Assembly (NCBI RefSeq): GCF_006345805.1
Contig: NC_043007.1
Location: 75,392,001 to 75,456,000, forward strand
Direction: 5' to 3'
Length of the DNA: 64,000 nucleotides
Source of the DNA: Octopus sinensis
Taxonomy: Eukaryota
Positions 63,037 to 64,000 of the stretch are shown here, piece by piece; position 1 is the first letter of the stretch, and every line of letters begins with the position of its first letter. The notes below the pieces were generated by a model. The model made no database searches. It was not told where the DNA came from and saw nothing but the letters and a program-made list of their open reading frames with translations. Position numbers and translations under genes: made by a program.

Positions 63037-63039
63037 ATG

Positions 63040-63106
<67 letters not shown>

Positions 63107-63132
63107 TTATATATATATGTAATATATATATG

Positions 63133-63165
<33 letters not shown>

Positions 63166-63166
63166 G

Positions 63167-63205
<39 letters not shown>

Positions 63206-63840
63206 ACGCATCATATATACAAATGTATACAAATGAGATATATATCTGTATAAATTAAATTAGAGATAAAACCACTAATAGGCAAAAGTGAAAAACCAAA
63301 AACAAAACATAAAAAAAATATATATATAAAATATATAAAATATAAAAATTGAAAAATTTAAATTATTTAAATTGAAAATAAAAATTATTAAATTATTTAT
63401 AATTTGTTTAAAAATATATATAACTATGAAAAAGTATGAAAAAGTTTAATATACATAAATACAGATATATACACTTTGTATATATACATATTTATATATA
63501 GAACACACACACACACATACATAATATATACATATTATATATAGAAACACCACACACACATACATTATATATACATATTTATATATAGAACACACACACA
63601 CACACACATACATTATATATACATATTTATATATAGAACATACACACACACACATACATTATATATACATATTTATATATAGAACACACACACACACCAC
63701 ACCACACACGTACATTATATATACATATTTATATCTAGAACACACACACATACATTATATATACATATTTATATATAGAACACACATACACACATACATT
63801 ATATTACATATTTATATATAGAAAACACACAACACACACA
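63005..63840. repeat. (AT)n/(GT)n runs followed by a ~40-45-bp minisatellite (tatatacatatttatatatagaa(ca)ntacatta)
   Basis: About 8-9 units between 63470 and 63840. Confidence 0.9.
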
Positions 63841-64000
63841 TAAATGAACGCAAGAATATCTGATTCATAATATTGTTCTCATGCTCATGTGTTGTTTGTG
63901 ACAGACAGATACATCAAAGAACGCCGACGTGATGGAAACGGAGTGAGTGAAACAGAGAGGAAATAGCGAGAGTGAGCGCGTTGACAGGTAGACAATAGAA

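Overview
AT-rich, repeat-dense eukaryotic DNA. The SINE families, RTE tails and very long (AT)n runs look like Octopus or another coleoid cephalopod; this is inferred from remembered repeat families, not from a search. Three spliced genes can be read by hand. (1) The last coding exon of a divergent barrier-to-autointegration factor (BAF)-like gene, + strand, 1183-1329. (2) Nine GT-AG coding exons of eIF4A-III (EIF4A3, exon-junction-complex DEAD-box helicase), - strand, 3474-22740; they join in frame, motif II reads DESD, and coding exon 1 could not be found in the window. (3) Three 3' exons of an MS4A-like four-TM membrane protein gene, + strand, 29650-33943; its TM1/TM2 exons were not found. 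The rest is transposon-derived: RTE-clade LINE fragments (one with a ~1.8 kb tandemly amplified 3'UTR), several CR1/L2-group LINEs (one near full length with a CCCH zinc-finger ORF1), a ~3.3 kb hAT (ZMYM1-like) transposon with TIRs, Helitrons (one with a PIF1-helicase relic), piggyBac-, mariner- and hAT-type MITEs, many tRNA-derived SINEs, and microsatellites that explain most of the supplied ORF track. No CRISPR, rRNA or true tRNA genes were seen. I found no clear multi-gene novel system. The best leads are the charge-reversed BAF paralog, the DESD eIF4A3 and the possibly nested MS4A-like gene.
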